Origin: Octopus sinensis
Taxonomy: Eukaryota
Reading direction: 5' to 3'
DNA: 64,000 nucleotides
Assembly: GCF_006345805.1 (NCBI RefSeq)
Contig: NC_043000.1
Location: forward strand, 37,634,001 to 37,698,000
Positions 1-12,905 of the stretch are shown here, in pieces (the first letter of the stretch is position 1; each line of letters begins with the position of its first letter). The notes beneath the pieces were generated by a model, which was not told where the DNA came from, ran no database searches, and was given only the letters and a program-made list of their open reading frames with translations. Made by a program: the position numbers and the translations under genes.

Positions 1-388
1 CAAAAGACGAAGATAGGTGTATGAACAACAAGCAAATATATTAATTTTAACTTACACTCGCCTCCTTATGAGAGCTCAAAATCTCTCGTGGAAGCGTCAT
101 CCAACCAAAGTACAAATATATGGAAAATTACCACCTGTATCATCTCTAGTGAAAGGGAGAAGCATCCAGTTTGCTGGATATTGTTGTAGAGCTGAAAACG
201 AAGCAATTCTCTGGAAGCCATCTGCTCGCGATACCAGAGGGCGCACACTCTCCTACCCTGATGTAATCTCCAGGGATACAGGCATCCAGCAACAGGACCT
301 CCGTAATGCTATGATGGACCGTGAAGTCTGGTGTAACATAGTAAATTCCATTGTCTCGGCCACGGCCGAACAATGATGATGATGATTA
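1..388 (+). mobile_element. 3' end of an RTE-X/RTE-type LINE, with a (TGA)n tail
   Basis: ORF 17..376 reads YTRLLMRAQNLSWKRHPT..YG.LP.VS....R..QFAG..LWKP...RGRTLSYPD...AMMDREVW, the C-terminal pattern of RTE-group ORF2. It is followed directly by tgatgatgatgatt. Confidence 0.75.
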
Positions 389-412
389 ATTTGAGGCTCG
401 GGAAAAATGAAG

Positions 413-450
413 TCTTTTACGTTTCGAGCCTACGATCTTCAACAGAAAGA
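413..450 (-). ncRNA. Minimal type I hammerhead-like motif in a Penelope-type pseudo-LTR fragment
   Basis: Minus strand reads TCTTT-CTGTTGA-A-GATC-GTAG-GCTC-GAAAC-GTA-AAAGA. It has a 5-bp stem I, stem II with one mismatch, the GAAAC core and a GUA cleavage triplet. Core position 6 is U instead of A. Confidence 0.55.
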
Positions 451-511
451 ATAAAATAAAATAAACAGAGAGAGAATGAAAAAAAAGCTTGTAGAGTTCA
501 GTGGTTCAATA

Positions 512-633
512 TGACATACATGTATACATACATACAAACATACATACATACATACATACATGTATGCATGCATACATGCATACATACATGCATACATACA
601 TGCATACATACATACATACATACATACATACAC
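512..633. repeat. (TACA)n/(TGCA)n microsatellite
   Basis: Direct reading of the sequence. Confidence 0.95.
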
Positions 634-825
634 AGATGAAAAGTGAAAAAATGTATAATAAATAAACAAACGATAGGTAAAAGACGTATGACGTATACTG
701 AGTGTACAACTGGACAGGAGACGGACACAAAAGGTCTCTAAGTCTTCATTAATCCTCAGTCAAATGGTATTACTCAGTTTCACACCATTAATTTTACATA
801 TATAGATATATATGTATGTATACCT

Positions 826-1115
826 AAAAAGTACCATCTGAACGTGGTCGATGCCAGTGCCTCCTGACTGGCTTCCGTGGTGGTGGCATATAAAAAGTAC
901 TATCCGAACATGATCGAAGCAAGTGCCGCCTGACTGGCGCATGTGCCGGTGGCACGTAAAAGGCATCCACTGCACTCTCGGAGTGGTTGGCGTTAGGAAG
1001 GGCATCCAACTGTAGAAACATTACCAGATCAGACTGGAGCCTGGTGCACCTGCTGGCTTTCCAGACCTTACTCAGACCGTCCAACCCATGCCAGCATGGA
1101 AAGCAGACGTTAAAC
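826..1115 (+). mobile_element. SINE-like element, 3' part, with internal ~65-bp tandem units and an RTE-type (GAT)n tail
   Basis: Two aaaaagtac...ggtggca units, then ggagtggttggcgttaggaagggcatcc...ccaacccatgccagcatggaaagcagacgttaaacaatgacgatgat. I recognise this from memory as an abundant octopus repeat. Confidence 0.6.
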
Positions 1116-1125
1116 AATGACGATG

Positions 1126-1249
<124 letters not shown>

Positions 1250-1379
1250 ATATATATGTATATACATACATATATATATAGTGAAGTATATTTGCCACTT
1301 GGAACTTGAGAAAAGTCTTGTATATTTATTGTCTCAGACAATACAAAATCCTGGAAATATTGCACATCTGCTATGGGAG

Positions 1380-2250
1380 TTGGACGTCATATACATGTGA
1401 GCTGAGAATAACAACATTCGGTTTAATGCAGGAAAATTCCAAGTTCTGTGTTACCTGTATACAAAGCTGAACATCATGCAGACAGGATACACTGGCCCGA
1501 GAGGAATTAAAATCCCTGAATCAAAATCAGTGCGTAACTTGGGCATTGACGTGAGCAATGATGCTCATGTCACTTTCTAGGTGCATATTAACAATTTGGT
1601 AGTAAAATGCAGACGGCTAGCTGAATGGATCCTCTGACCTTTCAAAACAAGTGAAAACGAGACAATGATGGTCCTTTGAAAGGCATACGTCCTCAGCCGC
1701 TTGGACTACTGCCCCCAATTATGATCACACAATATAAAATTAACGGTTGAACTCGAGGCAATCCAACGAAACTACAAAAAGATAAAACGTCTCAATGCAA
1801 CGTATCAGCTACTGGGAAAGACTGAAAGAATTAAAACTCTTCTCCCTAGAACGAAGGCTGGAAAGATATGCAGTGATATACATCTAGGAAATGCCTGAAG
1901 ACCTCGTGCCAAACAGCAGAATGGGCCGCCACTGCATAGTGCCAAAGATCCTTGCATCTTCATCAAAATACAGGACCAGATCCTGCAGCAGATTGGGTTC
2001 CAAGAAGCCACAGCTCTTCACTACCTTTCAAAATGCTTGAGGGACCTGCATGGTGTGGATGTAGTGAACTTCAAGACAAAACTGGATCTCCTCCTTGCAA
2101 GAGTTCCAGATGAACCTACCTCACGGCAGGAAACACAGATGAGGGCAGCGGCATCAATCTCCCTCATTCACCAAATTTCACATATCAGAGGAGTTTCAGA
2201 TAATGGTGTAGCATGGTCAACAGTGGTGTCCCAGCACGACCGCAGCTGAA
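1380..2250 (+). mobile_element. Degenerate CR1-clade LINE, RT C-terminus and 3' end
   Basis: Disrupted translation gives NNIRFNAGKFQVL, VRNLGIDVS, AYVLSRLDYC, LEAIQRN, SYWERLKELKLFSLERR and FKTKLDLLLARVPDEP, typical CR1 ORF2 motifs with many stops and frameshifts. Confidence 0.8.
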
Positions 2251-3120
2251 ACAATTAAAAAATTTAAAGACACATGGTATTGAGTACTCTTTTTTAAGAT
2301 AGTCAACACTAAATGAATACACACACACACACACATACACGGAAGGAATATATATATATATTTATATATTATATATATATATATATATATACATATACAC
2401 ATACATACAGGTGTGAGTCATATATGCATGTTTACATGTGTATGCATGTGTATATGAATATATGATATACAGATTACATAGAAAACACACACGTACACAT
2501 ACACAAACGTAGATATTACAGAGATTATACACATATACATACGTGTGAGTCATATGTATATATGTGTGTCTGTGTGTGTGTGCGCATGTGTGCGTGCGTA
2601 TGTTTGTGTGTGTGTGTGTGTTTGTGTATGTGTGCGTGCGTGTGTGTCTGTGTCTGTGCGATCGAATCTGTACTCATAATTATGTATGTGTAAATCTGGC
2701 TTACTTCTCAACAACTGATTTTTATGTGAAAATGAGGAGGGGCTGAGATAAAGAATGAAAGAAAGAATGAAGGACGGAATGAAAGAAAAGCAGAAATAAA
2801 GAAAGAAAGGAAGGTAGAAGAAGGAAATATACAAGAAAAGACAGAAAAATGTGAAAGATACAGAGGAAAAAGTGATTCGAAAAGTAGAGCAACTTTGGCG
2901 GAAGGAAATCGTATTAGGTCCACATGATTCTTTCCTAATCTTGCAAAGAAGTTAACAAGGAATTAAAATAAATTAAATTGTACCATAGGTGGCAGTGCAT
3001 TGTGAAACAGAAGGAAAGGGAGACGACAAAGGAGCGGAAAAATGGTAAATAGTGGAAGTATTCATTGAATGACACGGAAGAATGGTTGCTAAAATTACAT
3101 CACTGAGGAAAGAGAGGAGT

Positions 3121-3160
<40 letters not shown>

Positions 3161-3282
3161 TAGATTGTGGGAAAGATAGGGCGTGGGAGAGCGAGAGAGG
3201 TTGGCGGGACAGAGAGCAGATGGGAGAGGGAGAGAGAGAGAGAGAGAGACAAGAAAGTAAAGATAGAAAGTGTAAATGAAAT

Positions 3283-3320
<38 letters not shown>

Positions 3321-3434
3321 TAGAGAGACTTTTATGATGTTGGTAATATAATGAAATGTACATACAGGCACACACACATGTCTATGTATACATACATATA
3401 TATATATATATATATGTTTGCATATATGGATATA

Positions 3435-3470
<36 letters not shown>

Positions 3471-4581
3471 CATCTATATACATACATATATTTGAATGTG
3501 TGTCGAGAAACGAAAAATAGAACAAGAAAACAGAAGACGGGGTGGGAGTCGAAGAAAGAAAAAAAAGAAAGGCAGAAAGAAAAAGAAGGAAAGAAATCAC
3601 AAAAGAAAGAAAGAAAGGAAGAAAGCAGGAAAGAAAAAAATGGCAAAAAAGAAGAAAAAAAGATATTCAGATTTGTTTGAACCGTCTCTTTTGGTCAATG
3701 TTTTAAACCAGCTTTTACATCGAAACACTGGAGGTTTGCAGCGCTTTTTCGTTATTAATTGTTTTTCATATAGAAAACAATATGGCCAAACAAGATCAAA
3801 TTTTTCAAGCAGTTAATAAAATTTTGCAGAACTCTGAACACAGAACTATCGACTTTTACTTTTGTATACAGGCACTTCTTGGGACACACTCTGTTGCCTC
3901 GCTTCTTTTGATTGGTTTCCGAAGTAAACCACGCGATTAATCCGATCAGAGTGTGGCTAAGGCGAATCTCTCGTAACCCAAACCCCATGTCCTGTTAGTT
4001 TTATTGCAAAAGCGGAAGAAGTAATTAAATTTCGTCGCAAAAAGATAAATTAGAGGAATAATTTCTAAGCGTACAAGTACCACGTGATGCATACTTTTCA
4101 ATCTGAGTCCCATATGCCTCATTGCGTTCTTCTTTACTCTGGATGACTATGCCCAAAAGAGGAAACGGATAAAGTAAAAAAGAATATTCTAACCGCCTCC
4201 CACGACCACCGCCAAAACAACAACAGCAACAACGGTAACAACAACAACAACAGCAGAAACAGCAATGATATCAACAACACTAAAATCAAGAGAGAAAATG
4301 TTGTACAAGCGAGTGAGTGTCTGCTGCACCACAATCTGCCTGTTGGAGTCGACTACAAAAGGTCTTGTGAGGATTCTAAGTTTAAGAGTAGAGAAAAACG
4401 AAGAAGAAGAAGAAGAAGAAGAGTCAAAGAAAACTAGATTATTCAGACAAACTGTAATTTAATTCCTAACAATGATTGTGGTATTGTATCCATTTATTTT
4501 ATGACAACTAGCAGTCGTACACATCGCTGGCATTTACCTATGTGGACATCACTCACTAATATATATGTGTGTGTGTATGCA

Positions 4582-4651
<70 letters not shown>

Positions 4652-4871
4652 CCACACACACATATATACATATATATATATATATATATAAACATACATA
4701 TATGTACTATACATAGATGTACAAATGACTTCATTATATATGCTTGTGCGTGTGTGTGTGTACACGTATATATATATATATGTTTATGTATATATCATGC
4801 ATATGTATAAATGTATGCGTGTGTATAGTCTACACTAAAATTTACATGCACGTTAAGACATGTAAAATGCA

Positions 4872-4912
<41 letters not shown>

Positions 4913-4948
4913 CAAGTCTGAATTCATGTGTACATACACATATTGTCA

Positions 4949-4949
<1 letters not shown>

Positions 4950-5037
<88 letters not shown>

Positions 5038-5095
5038 CTCTCTCTCTATCTCTCTCTCTCTCTATCTCTATCTCTCTCTCTCTCTCTATCTATCA

Positions 5096-5165
<70 letters not shown>
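4950..5165. repeat. (TATC)n-(TC)n-(TATC)n compound microsatellite
   Basis: Direct reading of the sequence. Confidence 0.95.
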
Positions 5166-6199
5166 ATGATTGTAAGCATATACGTATATCCTTGCGTATG
5201 AATGTATGTTGTGAGGCAAGCATAGACATATGTATATATATCAATATAAATACTTTTAAACAGCCGTGTAAATATATTTGTCTGTATGTATATATATATA
5301 TATATGTACACACATACATAGATATAAACTCAAACACACACACACACACGCTTGTAGTTACACATACACATAAGATATAACATAATTTCCCTCTATGCAG
5401 TGCAATGAAACGATTGACACAACTCTTTCTTCCAGTCTCCATATATCTTCATATTTTCTCCATGACGGAGTAGTAGAATTTTGATTCTCCATGATCGAAC
5501 GAAAGTAGTTTGATTCTTAGCAGGTTTTCTAAATTTAATATTCATGCGACTACATTTCTTCTGTTACCTCCCTTCAAATTTCAATCTTTTATCGCAAGAG
5601 ATAACAAATATTTTCCTCCCAGTTCCCTCTCTTTTCTCAAGCAGCCAATTTAATTCCTCAGATGTTTTCATATATCCTACACTGTTCTGTTTTAACTCAA
5701 TGAATCATGCAATTACACAATTTCGCACACTTTATTTAGTTTTCTTCTAACAAAATAAATCTTTTAAATTTCTTTTCTCTTTGTTTTATTTTCTTTACGT
5801 TTTGCTATTTTGTTTTTGTTTTACATTTCCACATTTAATTTTTTTTTTAATTTCGTGATCTTACAAATATTTGCAAGTATACTTTTCGCGTTACATATTT
5901 ATTAAAATGTCTCTTTCCAACTATTTCTTCCTCTGCGACAATATTTTAATGCGCGTGCACAGCCCACATTAACTCAAATATCGTTTGTTCTTCGTTATTT
6001 TCAATCTTCCCCACTCACATACACTCTCTATAACTGAACCTTTTCCATTTCGCATACGCACACATACGCATGCACACACGAATACACACATGCACACAAA
6101 CACATGTACGCACGCACAAACACAAACTCACAAACTCACACATGCACACACATATATGTATATAGTTCGAATGCAATTATTAATATATAAAAGCTATAC

Positions 6200-9070
6200 A
6201 AGAGAGATAAGGTTTAGCAAGTACGGTTTTAGCTTAACGCTTATAAGAGAAAAAAGGGGAGGGTGTAAACGTTTCGGATTTCAATCCGTCACCAAAAGGA
6301 AAGAAAATCGTGAAAGAAAGAAAACCGGACGAGAGGGTCTGGATCAAGGTGGGTATGTGCTTTTGTAGGGGAGGGATTTAAGAAGAGAGGAAAGGTTGGT
6401 TTGCTCGTGTCTGAAAGGAGTATACGGGGAAAGTGGTGTGTGTGGTGTCGTGAAATGTTAGTCTGTGTGTAGATGTGTGAAAATGTGTAATTATAAATGA
6501 AATAATTCAGTAGAGGCTTGAATTGTTCGCGTGTGTGTAATTTTAAAGTGTGTGTGAAGAAAACGGGTATATGAAGAGAATGGAGTGGGCACGAGTGAGC
6601 GGCAAACAGAAGGAAAGTTCAATGTAGAGAGTGTAATAGATGTGTGTGTGAGTATATGAGTATGAAACGCTTTTAGACGAAAGAAAAGTTGGAACTATAA
6701 TAGGCGAAAAGTGAGAGGAAGTGTGTAAATTTTGTGAGAGAAGAGAAGTTAAAGATAATTTAAAAACTGCAAAACACTAGAAAAAGTCAAGAGAAATATA
6801 AATGAATGTCGACAAGATAGTGAGAAACTAGTAAAAATTTGTAGGTGAGGTAAATGAGAATGTAAGAGGGATGTGAAGGGTGTGACAAACGTGTGTGCAA
6901 GGACATATGTGTGAAATATTTTTACATAGAAGAAAAGTTAAAACTGAACGAAGCAAAAGAGAGAAAGCGTATTAGATATTCTGTGAAAAAGAAAAACTTG
7001 GAAAATCAATATTTTTAAGGGTACAAAGCTAGCTAAAAAAAAGTCCGGAGAAGTATGGCAGAATGTCTAACGGAAGGTAAAGAATTAGTAGTCTCCATAA
7101 GGAGGAGAGATGATTGCAGTTAGGAGAACCTGGTAAAGTGCGCCGAAGAGACTTAGCTATGTTGAACAGTTATGAGCAGGAATGCATGGCGTAAAAGAGT
7201 TAGCTTAAAGCACACGATGTGGAACAATGTTTTTGGTAAAGAAGAGTGGAGAGTAAAGGGCGGTAAGCAATAGGTAAAGTAATGTGCTTCGTGTGTGTTT
7301 TGCTGAGTCAAAGCATCAATGACGGCAACGAAGAAATGATTAGTGAGGAGGTAGGGACAGGGTGGTACCAGCTGTCGAGGAAAGCAGTGTGGAAGGAGTG
7401 AAGAACAGGTGTGTGTGCAAGTGTATCTGTATGTATGGGTGTACGTGTACGTGTTTGAGTGGATGTGTGTGTTTCCTTGTACTAGTGTGTGTGTATGTAT
7501 CTGTAGACATAAGTGAAGGAGGGGAGGGCGTGATCGGAGTGTCAGTCTGTGTGAAGAGTGTCGGTATGTGTATGTATTAAAAACAGAATGGTGGATGAAT
7601 GGTGGTGTGCGTGTATAAGTGTGCGAAGAGTAGAGTGTGTGAGTATGTGCGTTTTTTTATCAAGATGGCATATGCGTGTATGTGAGTGAGCTTAAAGTTG
7701 TACGTGTGTGTGTGTGTGTGTGTGGTAAGGTGGCAACATGGTTGAAGAAATAAATAAGGTGTAAGTGCAGGTGTATATGGGAAAAGGTGTGAAGCTATGA
7801 GGAAGGTAGTGGAAGGGAGGAGTGTTGGTGTGTTGAGAGCGTGTGCGTAGATTTGTGGGTGAAATGTGAATAGCGAGGAGGGTATGAGTGGAGTGAATGG
7901 GAACAGTGTTGGAAAAGGGATGAAACAGTAAAAGCTGTATCATGATGGAGCAGGTGGGAAAAAAGTTTGAAGAATTGAGGTGGAGAATTGAGACCGAAAG
8001 GTGTGTGAAATTGGAGTAAAATATAAGGTCCTATTATCTCTGATAGCGAGTCCAAAAAGATCTAGGAGTGGTAGCGACGTCGAAGACCAAGTAGTGTTTG
8101 GGAGAAAGGTCGGCAGAGCAGATATGTCGAGAGAGAGACGATGTGTTGCCAAGTCGGATGTCTCTGAGGTGCTCTACGAATGTCAACTAATCGGCAGTTA
8201 GTTTTTCTAATGTAGATAAAATTACGGGGGCAACATTGGAGAACAGATATCAGGTTAGATGAGCTCCTGTTCCCTTTTGAGGAAAATGTGATGGGATTCG
8301 AGTGTGATAGGCAGGAATAGTAATCGGTGGACTGGAAATATTAAGAGATAGGTAACCTGTTGCCATCTCGGATGTTTCTGAGGTGCTCCACGAACCAGTT
8401 GGCTAGTTGGCAACAATAAAGACCAAATTGCAGCGAGAGCGTTAGAGTTCGCATATCAGGTTATTAAATGTGCTATGGAAAGTGTTCCTAATGTGAACGG
8501 TAAATTGTTGTGCCCGGTGAGGGTGGCGGTGTTTGAAAGGAAAGTGCATGCGTAGCAGTGAGGATGAGGATAAGGAATTGATACGTGAAGATGGCGGGGT
8601 GTGGGGGAAGGCAAATTACAGAAGAAGGTGCTGTGAAGTTTGTGGGCACACTTAATAGAGAGAAGGGATCTGAGGAGGAAAAAGTGAAAGGTGGAAGGGT
8701 CAGTCGTAGGTGTGAAAAAGTCTGCGAATGGTGCATTGTAGAAGCAGGATGGTAGGCTGGTAGGTAAGAGAAAAAGAACAGGGTGGTGGTAGGATTCCAG
8801 ATGCAGGATACAAGACTGAAGTGTTATCAACGTTACTGTCACGGGAGAGGGCCACTTGGATTAGGAAAGATGTATAACCATGTTGTATGAAGAGAACCTC
8901 GAAGTCATAATCACTGATGTTACGGCACAGAAGATAAAGACACTGTGAAAAGAGGACGAAGCGTTTGGTGTAAGTAGGGTGGAGATCCTTTAAAATTTGT
9001 TTAATAAAAGTCGTTTTCTTCATATTACATTTCTACACGTGTTTCTACTGAATAAATGTCTTAGGGTTTT
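6200..9070 (-). mobile_element. Old, rearranged Penelope-like element remnant
   Basis: Minus strand 8460-7980 gives two GIY-YIG-like segments (NNLICEL*RSRCNLV...FVEHLRNIRDGN; SSNLISVLQCCPRNFIYIRKTNCRLVD.FVEHLRDIRLGNTSSLSRH) and a C-terminal LQFHTPFGLNS. An N-terminal-like ORF starts at 9023, and hammerhead-like remnants lie at ~9030-9060 and 6268-6295. The extent of the long pyrimidine-rich 3' part is inferred. Confidence 0.55.
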
Positions 9071-9353
9071 CTCATATAATACTTTTGTGCATTTAATCGA
9101 TGTATATTAAACCAAATACAGTACACGTTTTGATCTTGTCAACCTTTGGATTAGAATGTGCACAACGATTGGTTTCATTTAAATCAGTTAAATTCACAAA
9201 ACTATTATTTTAAAGGACGCTAAGACATTCGTTCAGCGGAATGTAATATGATCAAATTGACTTTTATTGAATGATTTTTGTTTAAGATATGAAACTCTCC
9301 ATCCTCTGTTATCATATCTTAATCTGTGTGCGTGAGTGTGTGAGTGTGTGTGA

Positions 9354-9470
9354 GGGCGCATGGCTTAGTGGTTACGGGATGTAGCTCACGATCGTAAGGG
9401 CCAGCATTCAATTCCTGGCCATGCCAGGAATTGTACATCACTCGAACAAGCACAAACTTATACGCACACA
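9354..9470 (+). mobile_element. tRNA-derived SINE head (family D here), degraded
   Basis: ggcgcatggcttagtggtta (A box)...cacgatcgtaagg...ttcaattcc (B box). Related copies at 38930-39105 (-) and 42330-42495 (+). Confidence 0.55.
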
Positions 9471-9639
9471 GGTACTACCACACGGCCTCTTGTCTGTTTA
9501 TTTTGTTATTCGTAGAAATTCTATCCACCAGTGCGGTATTGGGCACTCATTTTCCTAGTTCGACAATTACATACATACATATATACATACATACATATAT
9601 ACATACATACATACATACATACATACATACATACATACA

Positions 9640-9669
<30 letters not shown>

Positions 9670-9672
<3 letters not shown>

Positions 9673-10228
9673 GGTGGCTGCCCCCTCATTATCGAGTATG
9701 GCCATTGCACGAAGCTTAATCAATGTTGTTATCGTGCAATGCCTGTGCAAGAAGATTTTTTAAAGTGAGGAAAGGCTGTGCACTGAGTCAATCCCACTCA
9801 CTAAGCAACAGTAGCCATAATCCGAAAATAAGAACAAGTCAACATCATCGGTAACCACTGTGCCGCAGGTTTTATGTCGGAGTTATCCCAGTAACCTGAG
9901 TTACCTTCTCCTAGAAGGATGCCCTAACAAAGGCTAAGGGTCCATCACTCCCAATGGTTTAACCGCGCGATCGGGTATTCAGTCCGATAATTTCTATGTC
10001 CCCGCGTATGATACAGCCTTAAGACATTTATTGGATGGCCGTTGATTCTCAGGAGATCCTCCGCCCTTTGACGGGTTTTGTTTTTCATCCCGCAGGGTGT
10101 CCAATAAACACCCTCCTCACCAAGCAAGCTTGATGGGGTTGCCGGTTTAGTCGCCGACGACCCGACCATGCAATAGGTTGTACTGGGTTACATGTTACCA
10201 TTAGCACTCGAAAGTGACCTGACATAAA
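9670..10228 (-). mobile_element. Non-coding, probably RTE-derived non-autonomous element embedded in (TACA)n
   Basis: The minus strand carries ttagcctttgttagggcatccttctaggagaaggtaactc, which resembles RTE 5'-UTRs (from recall). It is flanked on both sides by (TACA)n. A ~70% similar 5' fragment lies at 24559-24660 (+). Confidence 0.5.
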
Positions 10229-11374
10229 CATACATACATACATACATACATACATACATACATACATACATACATACATACATAGATAGGTCCAACAGCT
10301 GTTTCTGGGGGCTCGGAGATTCATAATGATATTAGTAGATGTAGTTCATCGCAATATGCGGCCGTAATGGATGCAATTAACATTACACTTTGCATGTATA
10401 CATATATACATATTTCGTGTTTCATACCCGAGTTATTATATCTAATATATTTAAGATAGCTAATGTATCTAATTTGTTTATTCGCATAATTGCCCTCTCT
10501 CTCTCTCTCTCTCACTCCTTATATATATGTATATATGTATGTATATTGTCACATGGACACAAACAGATAAACACATATATACACTTCAATTTTGACTCTT
10601 TCGTACACACACTGCTACACACAGACACACGTCACCTCATAGACATAACGAAAGACATATTCATATACTTTTGAAATACACACTCACCTCCACACTGTCA
10701 GAAATCCACAACTCTCTCTCACCATTCTTAGTAATTACAAGTAATCTACAAGACTTAAGGCGGTGAACTGTAAATAATTTTTAATCAATGATAATTATAA
10801 CTTTAATGAATTGAAAGGTCATTAGTGTTAATGAATTTATTTCCACAAGAGAGAAAAGGACCACGTTATCAAAAGCATTAAATTCTCAGATGGTAGGGTC
10901 TGAGTATCAGTTATATGTTGTGGTAGACTCGATCAACTTGATACACACACTTATCAATTGTCTATATTTACACACATCTTTCAATATCAGGCTTTGTGTT
11001 CTAAAGGAAGAAACAGGTTACAAGCTATCGCGGTTTGCTACTTTTGGATAGCATTAAATTTGTAACAGGGATATTTGTCAGAGTCCCAAACACTAACTCC
11101 CTTTCTGGAAATCGAATCCAAATCATTGTGTTTACACGTTAAGGTAACCAAAACAAACAAAAATCTACAAAGGACTGATGACACCCATTCAAGTTTGATA
11201 AGCAGATTAAGAATTCTTTTTATCAGTAGCTAGTTTGACCAGTAAAAACTACAATGGACCCAGCAGATGTTTAGCTCATTAAATTCCAGTGTTGTAAACA
11301 AGCATTTTTCTAACATAAGAAATATTATTATTTCTAAGTCTCTCTAAAGGAGACTACGGCAGCGGTACTGGAAA

Positions 11375-11528
11375 TTAACAGTTATCGCCAAGCTAATATG
11401 GCAGTCCATAATATAAGACTAAAGCTGCCGTTGATTAGCTCAAAGAGGCCATCACCTCTTAGAGCTAATCAACGGCAGCTTTAGTCTTATTTTATGGACT
11501 GCCATATTAGCTTAGTGATAACTGTTAA
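11375..11528. mobile_element. 146-bp palindromic MITE-like element between TTAA tetramers
   Basis: Arms 11375-11448 and 11455-11528 match at 70/74 positions with a 6-nt loop (ccatca). TTAA at 11375-78 and 11525-28. Confidence 0.7.
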
Positions 11529-12759
11529 AAGCATTTTTCTGCTTTTGATCAAACAACATATTTCAACTTTGGCACTTCTTTTCTTGGACAGACAACAGCA
11601 ATATATAATTTATTTTTCTGCTACCCAGAGTGACTGTAAGACTGCCAAAACCATCGTTTTCAGGATTTGACGATATGCAAGATGGGCTCCAGTCCACGAC
11701 GACGATAACAGTGATCGTAGTGATATGATAGCTGAAGCCAGCTCACTCATGGATCTATGCCACATACGGTTATTATCCTTGTCGGGATTCAATTCTACAA
11801 ATTCACAGCGAACTGAATCGGAAAGGTTTCGATTCATAGTCACAGCTACTTCGTTAGATTTGCTGGGAATGACGGTATGCTTTACGAACTATCGATGGAA
11901 CATCCACACAATCACTTGACTTTCTAGAAATAACAGCGAATTCACCCCCAAACAACACCCTACTGTCTTTAGAAAATGAAGGATGATACAGAGCATACTG
12001 TAGTCAGTGATATAGAGTTTCTGGATAAAATTGTGGACAGTCACAGCTAAAGCATTTCAGATCATATGTTTACTAGTAAGTCTATCCTGGGGCTAAAAAC
12101 TCCCATCACCAAAAATATTGAATAGTCAAGCTGGAACAGTCTCGATATGTTTTATTAGATACAGATGACCTAGGGTTAAATTCCACCACCAAAGGTAACA
12201 ACTGTAACAACAATCACAACAACAGCAGCTTATTTCAGTGTCCAAACTTTTCGATCAGCTGATTGTTTTTGAGTTATTTCAGAATTTTGCGTTTACATCT
12301 TAAAGAGGGAGTTTTTTTCTACTTATTGTTTCAATAATCTCATCGAATAGATTTACCTCAACTCACTACATTAGTTACGTCAGACCCTGCCTAATGTGTA
12401 TTTGACATCTAGATTGTCCAATTCGGCCCCACTGACATATCTCTCCATATTTATTTTGTCTTTCCACGTAATATTTCACCTTTCGACCCAGCTCAGCTCC
12501 CTCTATCAACACAGCTCTCTCCTCTTTATTTCCTCATTCCTCTCTCTTTCCCACTCCGCGTCTTATATTCCTTCGACGCAAATTTTTCCAGCAATTTTTG
12601 TTTCCCTCTTACACAGTTCTCTGTTCAAGGCATCAGGCTTCTTTCTTTCTTCACTTTGTACCGACTTAAATCTTTCCTGTTGCGTCCAAAGACAAAGCTG
12701 GTGCTTGTTGTGCCGCTGCGATGTAAGAATCATCAAAACAGAGGAACGAGAAACTTGAT

Positions 12760-12905
12760 TCAGTACTTGACTAGTACTTTATTTATCGACCCCGAATAAA
12801 TGAAAAGTAAATTTTACCTCGGCTGGATTTGAACTCAGAATCCAGAAGATAAACATGGCAAGGAATTCTATCCGACAGTCATACGATTCTTCCGTCTCAC
12901 CGCCT
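12760..12905 (-). mobile_element. tRNA-derived SINE family B, degraded
   Basis: Contains tttatcgaccccga...ctcggctggatttgaactcaga, the reverse complement of the family B core seen intact at 38410-38570. Confidence 0.7.

Noticed and set aside
4147-4439. Asn-rich open frame without ATG (...NNNSNNGNNN...KIKRENV...)
   Set aside because: It is driven by (AAC)n and (GAA)n repeats, has no convincing acceptor site, and shows no domain.
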